Source of the DNA: Macrostomum lignano | Taxonomy: Eukaryota | Direction: 5' to 3' | DNA length: 64,000 bases | Assembly: GCA_002269645.1 (NCBI GenBank) | Contig: NIVC01004007.1 | Coordinates: 925 to 64,924, forward strand | Shown: positions 12,608 to 24,700 of the stretch, piece by piece | Layout: every line of letters starts with the position of its first letter | Numbering within the stretch: the first letter of the stretch is position 1 | Notes under the pieces: model-generated | Databases searched by the model: none | Seen by the model: only the letters and a program-made list of their open reading frames with translations | Told to the model about the DNA's origin: nothing | Position numbers and translations under genes: made by a program

Positions 12608-15600
12608 ATGAAGATCAACCAGAATCTGATGGACGCGCTCAAAATTAGCGACGAGGAGCTGGAAGGTGAGAGTTTTGGCTGATTTATTCAAGGTGCTCGT
12701 AATGTTGTGAGAAATGAAATTCGAATTTCAGAGCTCAAAGAAGCGTTTGCAATTTTTGACCAAGACAAGTCGGGCTTCATTGAGCCGCAAGAGCTGCGCC
12801 ACATCCTGCAAGTGCTGGGCCAGAATCCCACCAAGGCCGAGATTGACAGCATCATAGCCGAAGCAGATGTCATTGGTGAGAGCCTGTTTTTTGAGTTCGT
12901 GACTGTCTGAGGTTAGCTAGTTCGTCGAGGGGGGGGGCGCAAATTCCAGCTGACCCCCGAGCATGCACGCACACGGGATATGTACACAGGCACACGCTCA
13001 CAGAGGGTGTACAGCAGCGGCCCCGACTTTCCTTGTGCTTTTGGGGTTGGCTTTCATAGGCCATGAATCCCACGACAAACCCCAGGCTAATTTTCGTGCA
13101 CGAATCCCAAATTAATGTGGGTTCAGCCGTGTTATCGTTGAGCTGCTCTACTCCTGGTCACCCTAAACCCCACACTAAACCCCCACAAAAACGCAGTTAT
13201 TGACGGCAAGATCGACTTTAATGAGTTCGCGCGAATTATGAAGAGCAACTACAAATTCAAGTCGGCCAGCGAGATGGACAATGAGCTCATGTCGGCGTTT
13301 CAGGTTGGTGCTACTACTACTTGAGTGTCGTTAAGACCGTCAAATATGTTAGGAACGTAAAATACAAGGACCCTTAACTTACCGCTGTCTTAAAAATAGC
13401 AAATCTTTACTGTCTCAACTAGGTATTTGATCGCGACAGCAACGGCTACATCAGCCGGCAGGAGCTGGAGTTTGTGCTCACCTCAATCGGGGAGCGACTC
13501 ACTAGCGAGGAGGTGGACGAGATGTTTCGCTTTGCTGATACAAACGAGGATGGAAGGATCAGTTATAAAGGTGATTATGTCTACCGTAGATGCTAGTACC
13601 AACAATCCCACAATGTCTAGAAGCCAGTCCCAACAGCCCACAATGTCTAGAAGCCAGTCCCAACAAGCCCACAATGTCTAGATGCCAGTCTCAGCAATCA
13701 CACAATGTATAGATTCCGGTCCCAACAGCCCACAATGTCTAGATGCCAGTCCCAACAGCCCACAATGTCTAGAAGCCAGTCCCAACAAGCCCACAATGTC
13801 TAGATGCCAGTCCCAACAATCCCACAATGTATAGATGCCAGTCCCAACAATCCCACAATGTATAGATTCCAGTCCCACAAGCCCACAATGTCTAGATGCC
13901 AGTCCCAACAGCCCACAATGTCTAGAAGCCAGTCCCAACAGCCCACAATGTCTAGAAGCCAGTCCCAACAGCCCACAATGTCTAGAAGCCAGTCTCAGCA
14001 ATCACACAATGTATAGATTCCAGTCCCACAAGCCCACAATGTCTAGATGCCAGTCCCAACAGCCCACAATGTCTAGAAGCCAGTCCCAACATCCCACAAT
14101 GTCTAGATGCCAGTCCCAACAGCCCACAATGTCTAGAAGCCAGTCCCAACAGCCCACAATATCTAGAAGCCAGTACCAACAGCCCACAATGTATAGATGC
14201 CAGTCCCAACAGCCCACAATGTCTAGATGCCAGTCCCAAAGACTCCACAATGTCTAGATGCCAGTTCCAACAATCCCACAATGTATAGATTCCAGTCCCA
14301 ACAAGCCCACAATGTCTAGATGCCAGTCTCAGCAATCACACAATGTATAGATTCCAGTCCTAACAGCCTCTCAATGTCTAGATGCCAGTCCCAAGGACTC
14401 CACAATGTCTAGATGCCAGTTCCAACAATCCCACAATGTATAGATTCCAGTCCCAACAAGCCCACAATGTCTAGATGCCAGTCTCAGCAATCACACAATG
14501 TATAGATTCCAGTCCTAACAGCCCCTCAATGTCTAGATGCCAGTCCCAAGGACTCCACAATTTCTAGATGCCAGTCCCAACAAGCCCACAATGTCTAGAT
14601 GCCAGTCTCAGCAATCACACAATGTATAGATTCCAGTCCCAACAAGCCCACAATGTCTAGATGCCAGTCTCAGCAATCACACAATGTATAGATTCCAGTC
14701 CTAACAGCCCCTCAATGTCTAGATGCCAGTCCCAAGGACTCCACAATTTCTAGATGCCAGTCCCAACAAGCCCACAATGTCTAGATGCCAGTCTCAGCAA
14801 TCACACAATGTATAGATTCCAGTCCCAACAGCCCCTCAATGTCTAGATGCCAGTGCCAAGGACTCCACAATGGCTAGATGCCAGTCCCAACAATCCCACA
14901 ATGTATAGATTCCAGTCCCAACAAGCCCACAATGTCTAGATGCCAGTCTCAGCAATCACACAATGTATAGATTCCAGTCCTAACAGCCCCTCAATGTCTA
15001 GATGCCAGTCCCAAGGACTCCACAATTTCTAGATGCCAGTCCCAACAAGCCCACAATGTCTAGATGCCAGTCTCAGCAATCACACAATGTATAGATTCCA
15101 GTCCCAACAAGCCCACAATGTCTAGATGCCAGTCTCAGCAATCACACAATGTATAGATTCCAGTCCTAACAGCCCCTCAATGTCTAGATGCCAGTCCCAA
15201 GGACTCCACAATTTCTAGATGCCAGTCCCAACAAGCCCACAATGTCTAGATGCCAGTCTCAGCAATCACACAATGTATAGATTCCAGTCCTAACAGCCCC
15301 TCAATGTCTAGATGCCAGTCCCAAGGACTCCACAATTTCTAGATGCCAGTCCCAACAAGCCCACAATGTCTAGATGCCAGTCTCAGCAATCACACAATGT
15401 ATAGATTCCAGTCCCAACAGCCCCTCAATGTCTAGATGCCAGTGCCAAGGACTCCACAATGGCTAGATGCCAGTCCCAACAGCCCTACAATGTCTAGATG
15501 CCAGTACCAACAGCCCTACAATGTCTAGATATTCCAGTACCAACAATCCCACAATGTCTAGCTAGAATGCCTAGCATGAATAGATGCTGTTCAACCACCA

Positions 15601-15653
15601 TTGCAGAATTCGTGGTACTTTTCAACCACTCGTTCAAGGGCAGCTTTGCTTGA
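12608..15653 (+). CDS. Calmodulin-like four-EF-hand protein; exons 12608-12665, 12732-12875, 13197-13303, 13423-13570, 15607-15653
   Basis: [39 protein letters not shown]...DGKIDFNEF...[18 protein letters not shown]...[14 protein letters not shown]; all introns GT-AG with consistent phases. Confidence 0.9.
13595..15562. repeat. 30-31 bp minisatellite in the last intron of the calmodulin-like gene, with higher-order 3-4-mer structure
   Basis: ATGCCAGTCCCAACAGCCCACAATGTCTAG units, about 65 copies. Confidence 0.97.
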
Positions 15654-16554
15654 AATTCTTCCGTCTTAGAGCACCGACATGCAAATCTGAATTGACGATA
15701 ATAGCTCCGCCGTGCTTCTAAACATAATTTTAACTCAATATTTGCATGCCTATTTACTATTATCGTCTAGCTTACATAATCTTTCTTTGTAAAAGCTATC
15801 CTGACCATTTGGCATCGACAATACGCTAAATTAGTGCTCTTAAATCTGCTTATATATAAAAAAATTCTAGGTAAAAGTACCATCACAGACTGATAGTCGA
15901 TTGACAGCTAAATACTGTAATATTTCAGAATTTTTGTTTGCTCTACTGAAAATAAATTAAATAAACAAGGGAAATTAACCTTCATGATGAAGTTTCATAA
16001 CATAATATTCTATTATCTGCACTTTGTGAATCACAGTTGAGTAATAAACATATGATTAGTGTTGCAATCTATTTTAATTATTATATATTAAATTATTAAA
16101 TAAATTCGCTCTTGTCTCGGGCAAAAGAAAAAGATTGGGTTGGATACAAAAAAACCTATGTGCACTACTGCCCTGTAAATTCTAGTAGTATTAATAGAAA
16201 TGAATTCAACTAGTAAAGCTAGGCGACAATGCCCTAATGGTTTATTAATAATATAACAAATTAAACAGCGCACAACAGCAAAATCAGCTTGCAGGCTAGC
16301 ACAAATTATTCAAATAAAAATGAGAGAATTGTAAATTACTATTTACCAACAGCAGAAAGCATTTTCCGCCCTGAAGACATGGACCCTATAAACTTGTCCT
16401 GTGCTTATACGCCACTTACAAACTCAGTACTAATATACTCGTAGAATACACAAGGAATGGTTGCCATTGCCACTGTATACTGACTCCTGTGCCAGTATAT
16501 ACTGTTATAACAGAACTGCTTTGATATTTTTAGCTGTCTTTAATCTTATCATGA

Positions 16555-17322
16555 TCTGTCTGTCTAGGCGCTAGACCTCAGTCTGGTCTAATCTCATCTT
16601 GATATGTCTAGGCGCCAGATCTCAGTCTGGTCTAATCTCATTATGATCTATCCGTCTAGGCGCTAGATCTCAGTCTGATCTAATCTCATCATGACCTATC
16701 TGTCTAGGCGCTAGATCTCAGTCTGATCTTATCTCATCATGATCTGTCTAGGCGCCAGATCTCAGTCTGGTCTAATCTCATTATGATCTATCCGTCTAGG
16801 CGCTAGATCTCAGTCTGATCTTATCTCATCATGATCTGTCTAGGCGCCAGATCTCAGTCTGGTCTAATCTCATTGTGATCTATCCGTCTAGGCGCTAGAT
16901 CTCAGTCTGATCTAATCTCATCATGATCTGTCTAGGCGCTAGATCTCAGTCTGGTCTAATCTCATCATGATCTATCTATCTAGGCGCTAGATCTCAGTCT
17001 GATCTTATCTCATCATGATCTGTCTAGGCGCCAGATCTCAGTCTGGTCTAATCTCATTATGATCTATCCGTCTAGGCGCTAGATCTCAGTCTGATCTAAT
17101 CTCATCATGATCTGTCTAGGCGCTAGATCTCAGTCTGGTCTAATCTCATCATGATCTATCTATCTAGGCGCTAGATCTCAGTCTGATCTTATCTCATCAT
17201 GACCAATCTGTCTAGGCGCTAGATCTCAGTCTGATCTTATCTCATCATGATCTGTCTAGGCGCTAGATCTCAGTCTGGTCTAATCTCATCATGATCTATC
17301 TGTCTAGGCGCTAGATCTCAGT
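16555..17322. repeat. 41-45 bp minisatellite (TCTAGGCGCTAGATCTCAGTCTGATCTAATCTCATCATGATCTG)
   Basis: About 18 tandem copies, rich in short palindromes. Confidence 0.95.
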
Positions 17323-17829
17323 TAAATATAATAATCTAGCTAAGCATTTCAGTTTACTTGGGCACTAATCTAATCTCACTAAAGCCTAGTCTCCAATTGA
17401 CCTTGATCTGAATAGCATCGAATACCAGAACAACACACTGAGGAACTGCCATTGAATTCACAATCATAGCTCGTAGTACATACAATAAGAAAAACGGAAA
17501 ACAAAAGTGACCAGTCCGAAGAAGAATGACGGAAACAAAAAATGTATATGAGAAACAATGAGAACGCATTCGGGAGCTAAAAATAAGATTATAGAATTAC
17601 AGGCATAAATGAGAGGAAAGTGTCAAGTCGCAGCGGTTAGTGCATAATCAGGGTAGCCATTATCATATATCTGCATCTGGGATGTATCAATAGAAATATA
17701 TATATATAGTAATATATGCATCTGTAAAACACATGGTTGCGAGTGTAATATACTATATACGAGAGAAACGGAAAGAACAACATTGAAAAAGTTATGTGCA
17801 ATAATATTATGCCTGGAAAGAGCCGCATC

Positions 17830-18250
17830 TCCGCGCTAAATTCAATAACTTGAATGGGGGCATAAAATCAGATCTTATTGGGGGCGCCATTTCCGCGCTA
17901 AAATCAGATCTTATTGAGGGAGCCATTGCGGCGCTAAATTCAGTCTTATTATGAGCGCCATTTTGGCGCTAAATTCAATTTTATTGGAGGCGCCATTCCG
18001 GCGCTAAACACAATCTCGTTAAAGGCGCCATTTCCGCGCCAAGTTCAATCTTATTGGGAGTGCCATTTCTAAGCTAAGTTCAGTATTATTGGAGGCGCCA
18101 TTTCCGCGCTAATTTGGACCTTATTGTGAGCGCCATTTCGGCGCTAAATTAAATCTTATTTGGGCGCTTTTTCCGCGATATTTGGGGTCTCATAGAGGGC
18201 GCCATTTCCGCGCTAAATAGGGTCTGATTAAGGCGCTACTTCCGCGCCAA
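17830..18250. repeat. Degenerate ~37 bp tandem repeat (GGCGCCATTTCCGCGCTAAATTCAATCTTATTG)
   Basis: About 11 diverged copies, probably the interior of a non-autonomous element. Confidence 0.8.
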
Positions 18251-18498
18251 ACAAGATGTCAGTAGGGCATTTTAAAAACAGATTCGGCGCACCACAACAC
18301 GGGCGCTTAACACAGCGCACGTTGCGCAACAAATGGGGTCCACCGAAAGGTAAAAAATATAGAGAGAAAAAAATCAAAGTTCGCGCGGCCTAGCTCTGTC
18401 GTTGAGCAACTACTACTAAGTAGGTTAGTACGAATCAATGTAAATAATAATATACCGCCTACTGCGACTAGAGAATCGACGCATAGAAATCTGATGAT

Positions 18499-18789
18499 TC
18501 AAGCGGAAATAAGCGAGTCCATTGGGCGCAGTTTGACTGTGCCATCGCAGCCGCACGAGAACAGATAGCAATGCCCGTCTCTGGTGCACAGTTCCAATCG
18601 TTGTACGCCCTGGTCAGAGGCTGAGCGCAGCAAAGAACGCGGCGCCACGTGCTCGTCGCGGAAGCAGGCAAGCGGCTCGTGGGCGCCAAGGCGCCAGGCG
18701 CGGACGGAACCGTCAGCGGAGCCGGTGAGCAGGAGGCGCTCGCTAGGATCGACGCACAGGGTGGTCACCGCCGAGTTCGGCTCGTGCGC
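18499..18789 (-). CDS. DMXL: DMXL exon 13 (last coding exon)
   Basis: [32 protein letters not shown]...MDSLISA*; acceptor TGCAG. Confidence 0.9.
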   Translation of the reverse strand, partial: AHEPNSAVTTLCVDPSERLLLTGSADGSVRAWRLGAHEPLACFRDEHVAPRSLLRSASDQGVQRLELCTRDGHCYLFSCGCDGTVKLRPMDSLISA

Positions 18790-21700
18790 CTGCATTGCGA
18801 AACAATATTGGGTTCCCGTTGATTGAAAACTACTGCAAAATGCGCATATTTCTACTTATAGTAGCTGGTCAGAGAATTGAAAATGTGCGTCAATACTACT
18901 GACTAAATGAGAACATTAGTAATATACTCAGATATCAACATCGCTAATTGTTCATGACACAGGTGACACTTTCTGTGCGCTTATTCTGAAAACAGGTGAC
19001 ACTTTCTGTGCGCTTATTCTGAAAACAGGTGACACTTTCTGTGCGCTTATTCTGAAAACAGGTGACACTTTCTGTGCGCTTGTCCTGAAAACAGGTGACA
19101 CTTTCTGTGCGCTTATTCTGAAAACAGGTGACACTTTCTGTGCGCTTGTCCTGAAAACAGGTGACACTTTCTGTGCGCTTATTCTGAAAACAGGTGACAC
19201 TTTCTGTGCGCTTGTCCTGAAAACAGGTGACACTTTCTGCACGCTTGTCCCGGGAACAGATGACACTTTCTGTGCGCTTGTCCCGGGAACAGATGACACT
19301 TTCTGCACGCTTGTCCCGGGAACAGATGACACTTTCTGCACGCTTGTCCCGGGAACAGATGACACTTTCTGCACGCTTGTCCCGGAAACAGATGACACTT
19401 TCTGCACGCTTCTCCCGGGAACAGATGACACTTTCTGCACGCTTGTCCCGGGAACAGATGACACTTTCTGCACGCTTGTCCCGGGAACAGATGACACTTC
19501 TGCACGCTTCTCCCGGGAACAGATGACACTTTCTGCACGCTTGTCCCGGGAACAGATGACACTTTCTCTGTATGCCCACCAATTCGCGTAAAATATCGCG
19601 TATTTAATCTACCCAGCGATCCTATTAGGCAGAAAAGCGCATTCCAAGAGCTAACCTGAAAAGCGTGCCTAACGGCCGCCTTGCGCAGGTCGAGCAGGGC
19701 CACGCCGCCTTTGGCTGTGCCGGCTAGCAACAGTTGGCGCTGCGGCGCGTAGGCCAGCGAAGTGCAACCGGCCTGCAGAGCCGGATCGAAGAAGCGCTGC
19801 ACAACGGACTTCTCAACTGGGAGCAGAGTGTCCAGAGGGCCGCGTTCGCCTCCGATTCGGCGCCCGTGCCGCCAGTGGCATACAGAGTTGAACAGCCGGC
19901 GAATAGCAGGTCGGAACAGCCGCGCGAGTGCCCGCGCCACACCCTGTAGGGCTTGTCCGACTCGGCGCCGCCGCCACCGCCGGCGCCCACAATGCTGCGC
20001 CAGTGCCACAGGGACACGTAGCCTTCGCTGTCGCCAACGGCGAATCGATTGCCGTAAACGTTGAAACGCAGGGCGGTGACTCGGCCGCCTACGCTGATAC
20101 TGCCCGGCTTGGTTAGCGGGGCCCGGTGCGACCATTCGTAGCAGTCGATGGCGCCGGAGGCCGAGCCGAATAGGTAGTTGTGCCTGTCAGGGTGGGCCGC
20201 CACCTGGAATGCGGGATAACTAGTGAGTATTAGTGCCAGTAGGCTGCTCAATGGGATAATCAGTAGGCTGCTCAATGGGATAACCAGTAGGCTGCTCAAT
20301 GGGATAACCAGTAGGCTGCTCAATGGGATAACCAGTAGGCTGCTCAATGGGATAACCAGTAGGCTGCTCAATGGGATAACCAGTAGGCTGCTCAATGGGA
20401 TAACCAGTAGGCTGCTCAATGGGATAACCAGTAGGCTGCTCAATGGGATAACCAGTAGGCTGCTCAATGGGATAACCAGTAGGCTGCTCAATGGGATAAC
20501 CAGTAGGCTACTCAATGGGATAACCAGTAGGGCTGATCAATGGGATAATCACTAGGGCTACTCAATTGGATAATCAGTAGGCTGCTCAATGGGATGATCA
20601 GTAAGACTGCTCAATGGGATAATCAGTAAGACTGCTCAATGGTATAATCAGTAAGACTGCTCAATGGGATAATCAGTAAGACTGCTCAATGGGATAATCA
20701 GTAAGACTGCTCAATGGGATAATCAGTAAGACTGCTCAATGGGATAATCAGTAGGCTGCTCAATGGGATAATCAGTAGGCTGCTCAATGGGATAATCAAT
20801 AAGACTACTCAATGGGATAATCAGTAAGACTGCTCAATGGGATAATCAGTAGGCTGCTCAATGGGATAATCAGTAGGCTGCTCAATGGGATAATCAATAA
20901 GACTACTCAATGGGATAATCAGTAAGACTGCTCAATGGGATAATCAATAAGACTGCTCAATGGGATAACCAGTAGGCTGCTCAATGGGATAACCAGTAGG
21001 CTACTCAATGGGATAACCAGTAGGGCTGATCAATGGGATAATCACTAGGGCTACTCAATTGGATAATCAGTAGGCTGCTCAATGGGATGATCAGTAAGAC
21101 TGCTCAATGGGATAATCAGTAAGACTGCTCAATGGTATAATCAGTAAGACTGCTCAATGGGATAATCAGTAAGACTGCTCAATGGGATAATCAGTAAGAC
21201 TGCTCAATGGGATAATCAGTAAGACTGCTCAATGGGATAATCAGTAAGACTGCTCAATGGGATAATCAGTAAGACTGCTCAATGGGATAATCAGTAGGCT
21301 GCTCAATGGGATAATCAGTAGGCTGCTCAATGGGATAATCAATAAGACTACTCAATGGGATAATCAGTAAGACTGCTCAATGGGATAATCAGTAGGCTGC
21401 TCAATGGGATAATCAGTAGGCTGCTCAATGGGATAATCAATAAGACTGCTCAATGGGATAATCAGTAAGACTGCTCAATGGGATAATCAGTAAGACTGCT
21501 CAATGGGATAATCAGTAGGCTAACCAACACACAGGTTAAGAGCCTTAGCGAAAAGGCAGAGCAACATTGTGAAAAAGGTTACTCTACCTGTCGCGGCTTC
21601 GGCAAAGAGCGACGCGTAATGAGCCTGGCCGGCCAGCCCTTGATGACGCTGGAAGAAAGGGTTGGCACCGGGGTGACGCCAGGCACGGCGAAGCTGGTCA

Positions 21701-24700
21701 ACAGGCGAGGCAGCTGGTCGGAATCCAGCTGGCCGACAGCGTCGCCAACAAACCCGCCGGCGCCAGCGACTGTGGCCGAGGCCAGGCCGCCGTAGTCTTC
21801 GTCGTCTAGGCCGGCCGGAGAAAACGGGTGCAGCATGAGGTCGCAGATGTCCAGCTCAACTAGCTCTTTGCTGGTGGCCAGGGTTAGGCAGTTCTGATTG
21901 GCCCGGCTAAGGCAGAAACTGCTAATCGCTTCGCCTTTGGTGTCGTGCACGAGAGCTACTGGGAGGTCGGCAGCGGCGGCCGGAGCGGCTTCGGTTAATT
22001 CGGCGCTAGACAAGGTCGGAGGCGGCGGTCGGGGAGGCGCCGACTTTTGCTGCTGCTGCTGCGACGACGTGGTCGACATCGGCGGCGGCGGGAAGGCGAA
22101 TTTGGCGAACACGTCGCGGGCGGCCTCCTTGCGCACAAGCTGCGCCCATAGCCGATTGCAGAGTCGTTCAGACAGCGACTGGCCAGGGAACGGCGTTCGC
22201 TCGGCGTCTAGCAGCAGCTTGTAGCGCTCCATCAGCAGGCGGGCAGGCTGGAATGTTGAATCCTCGCCTACGAACGAGGAATTGCCGCCGCCTAGGAATC
22301 CTGATGAAATTTAGGAAGTTAGCGCCTCTTTTACCACTACAGAATGCTTTGCGCATCTAGGCAAATTTAACCATTGTTAGCTTTTCTACTCGAGCTATTC
22401 TGGTAGCCAATTCTTGACGAATTTGAGGCACATGAGCATGGTTTTAGATATTCGAGATGTTTTAGAGATAATTGAGACGGTTTTGAGATAATTGAGACGG
22501 TTTTGAGATAATTGAGACGGTTTTAAAATAATTGAGGGTTTAAGATACTTAAGTCGGTTTGGAGACACTTCAGATGGTTTTGAAACACTTCAGATGGTTT
22601 TGAGACACTTCAGATGGTTTTGAGACACCTCAGCTGGTTTTGAGACACCTCAGATGGTTTTGAGACACCAGATGGTTTTGAGACACCTCAGCTGGTTTTG
22701 AGACACCTCAGATGGTTTTGAGACACCAGATGGTTTTGAGATACTTAATTCGGTTTTGAGATACTTCAGATGGCTTTGAGATACGTGAAATGGTTTTGAG
22801 ATACTTCAGATGGTTTTGAGATACTTCAGATGGCTTTGAGATACGTGAGATGGTTTTGAGATACTTCAGATGGTTTTGAGATAGTTCAGATGGCTTTGAG
22901 ATATGTGAGATGGTTTTGAGACACTTCAGTCGGTTTTGAGATACTTCAGATGGCTTTGAGATACGTGAAATGGTTTTGAGATACTTCAGATGGTTTTGAG
23001 ATACTTCAGATGGTTTTGAGATACTTCAGATGGCTTTGAGATATGTGAGATGGTTTTGAGACACTTCAGTCGGTTTTGAGATACTTCAGATGGCTTTGAG
23101 ATACGTGAAATGGTTTTGAGATACTTCAGATGGTTTTGAGATACTTCAGATGGTTTTGAGATACTTCAGATGGCTTTGAGATATGTGAGATGGTTTTGAG
23201 ACACTTCAGTCGGTTTTGAGATACTTCAGATGGCTTTGAGATACGTGAAATGGTTTTGAGATACTTCAGATGGCTTTGAGATATGTGAGATGGTTTTGAG
23301 ACACTTCAGTCGGTTTTGAGATACTTCAGATGGCTTTGAGATACGTGAAATGGTTTTGAGATACTTCAGATGGCTTTGAGATACGTGAAATGGTTTTGAG
23401 ATACTTCAGATGGCTTTGAGATACGTGAAATGGTTTTGAGATACTTCAGATGGCTTTGAGATACGTGAAATGGTTTTGAGATACTTCAGATGGCTTTGAG
23501 ATACGTGAAATGGTTTTGAGATACTTCAGATGGCTTTGAGATACGTGAAATGGTTTTGAGATACTTCAGATGGCTTTGAGATACGTGAAATGGTTTTGAG
23601 ATACTTCAGATGGCTTTGAGATACGTGAGATGGTTTTGAGACACAAGATTTTTACCACAACTGTAGGTAGTGATAAGAGCTGTCACTGCTGGGGAATGCA
23701 GTCAAAGTGCGGTCACAGTCTTCTTTAGAAGCTTAATAAGACTAATACGAGTGAATTAAGAGACAAACCGTCGGGCGGCTGGCCAATCCGTCGCAGACGA
23801 TCGCGGAACGCCCGCTGCCATTGGTGAACCCGCTTGACGGCGTTGTACAGAGCCGGCGATTCCACAGGCAGGTCGGACAGTTCCAGGCCGACCTGGGGCA
23901 GGAAGCGGCCAACTTGGTCCAGTGCCACCCGGACACAGGCGCAGCGCATCAGCAGCCAGGCGTATTCGCGACGTTCCTGAGCGGCTTGGCGCCGACGCGA
24001 AACAGCCGGCGTCTGGCGCATCTGCCGGCTCGATCGATAGGATCTGTCAGCGTCCAGGTCGGCCATTGAGCCGCCGAAGCCGGGAATCTCGTCTGGCGCG
24101 GCCTCGGCATGCTCGTCGTCTTGAGTGTCGTCGTCAGCATCGTCATTTTCGGAGACGTTGGCGGAGTCGAAATCGGCCGCTTGGCCGGCTGGCTGGCGCG
24201 GATCTGGCGGCAGTTTGGCCAGCAGGCAGCCCAGGATGGAGGCGCGCGGCTGCACAAACCGCTCGGTGAAGCCGCGACTGCCGCCGCCGCCGGCGCTACT
24301 CGACGTTGCAGGCGACGGCTGCTGATGCTGCTGCGGTTGAGGCGGCGGCGGCAGCGGCGGGGCCCCGCCACCTTGCACAGTGCTCAAGTAGAGTTTTACT
24401 CGCTGCTTTGACATCTCGTCAGTGACGCGGGGGATTCCCCCGCCGACAACTGCTGCTGCTGCTGCTGTGCCTGGCGCCGAGGACTAGCGCCGCCGCCGGC
24501 GATGACAACGCCGCTGGACAAAGCGTGGCCGCCAGAGCCGGCTGGCGACCCGCTGATTCGCATCGGCGCCGGCCGCTGCGGGGTCTTCAATCCGCCGCCG
24601 AACACAGCGCCCCATACGCTGGTGGTAAGCGACCTGGCAACCAGCCGGTGAAGAATCTTGGCATTAGCCGTGGTCAGGCCGTAGGTTAAGGTGGCCAGGT

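Noticed and set aside
13427-14335. Repetitive ORFs in the 30-bp array, and similar ORFs at 18944-19582, 19724-20555, 34727-35164, 38185-38832 and 53717-55299
   Set aside because: Translations of intronic tandem repeats; only the parts overlapping true exons are coding
24398-24485. Programmed frameshift or micro-intron in DMXL exon 10
   Set aside because: No slippery heptamer or credible splice sites; a homopolymer error is simpler
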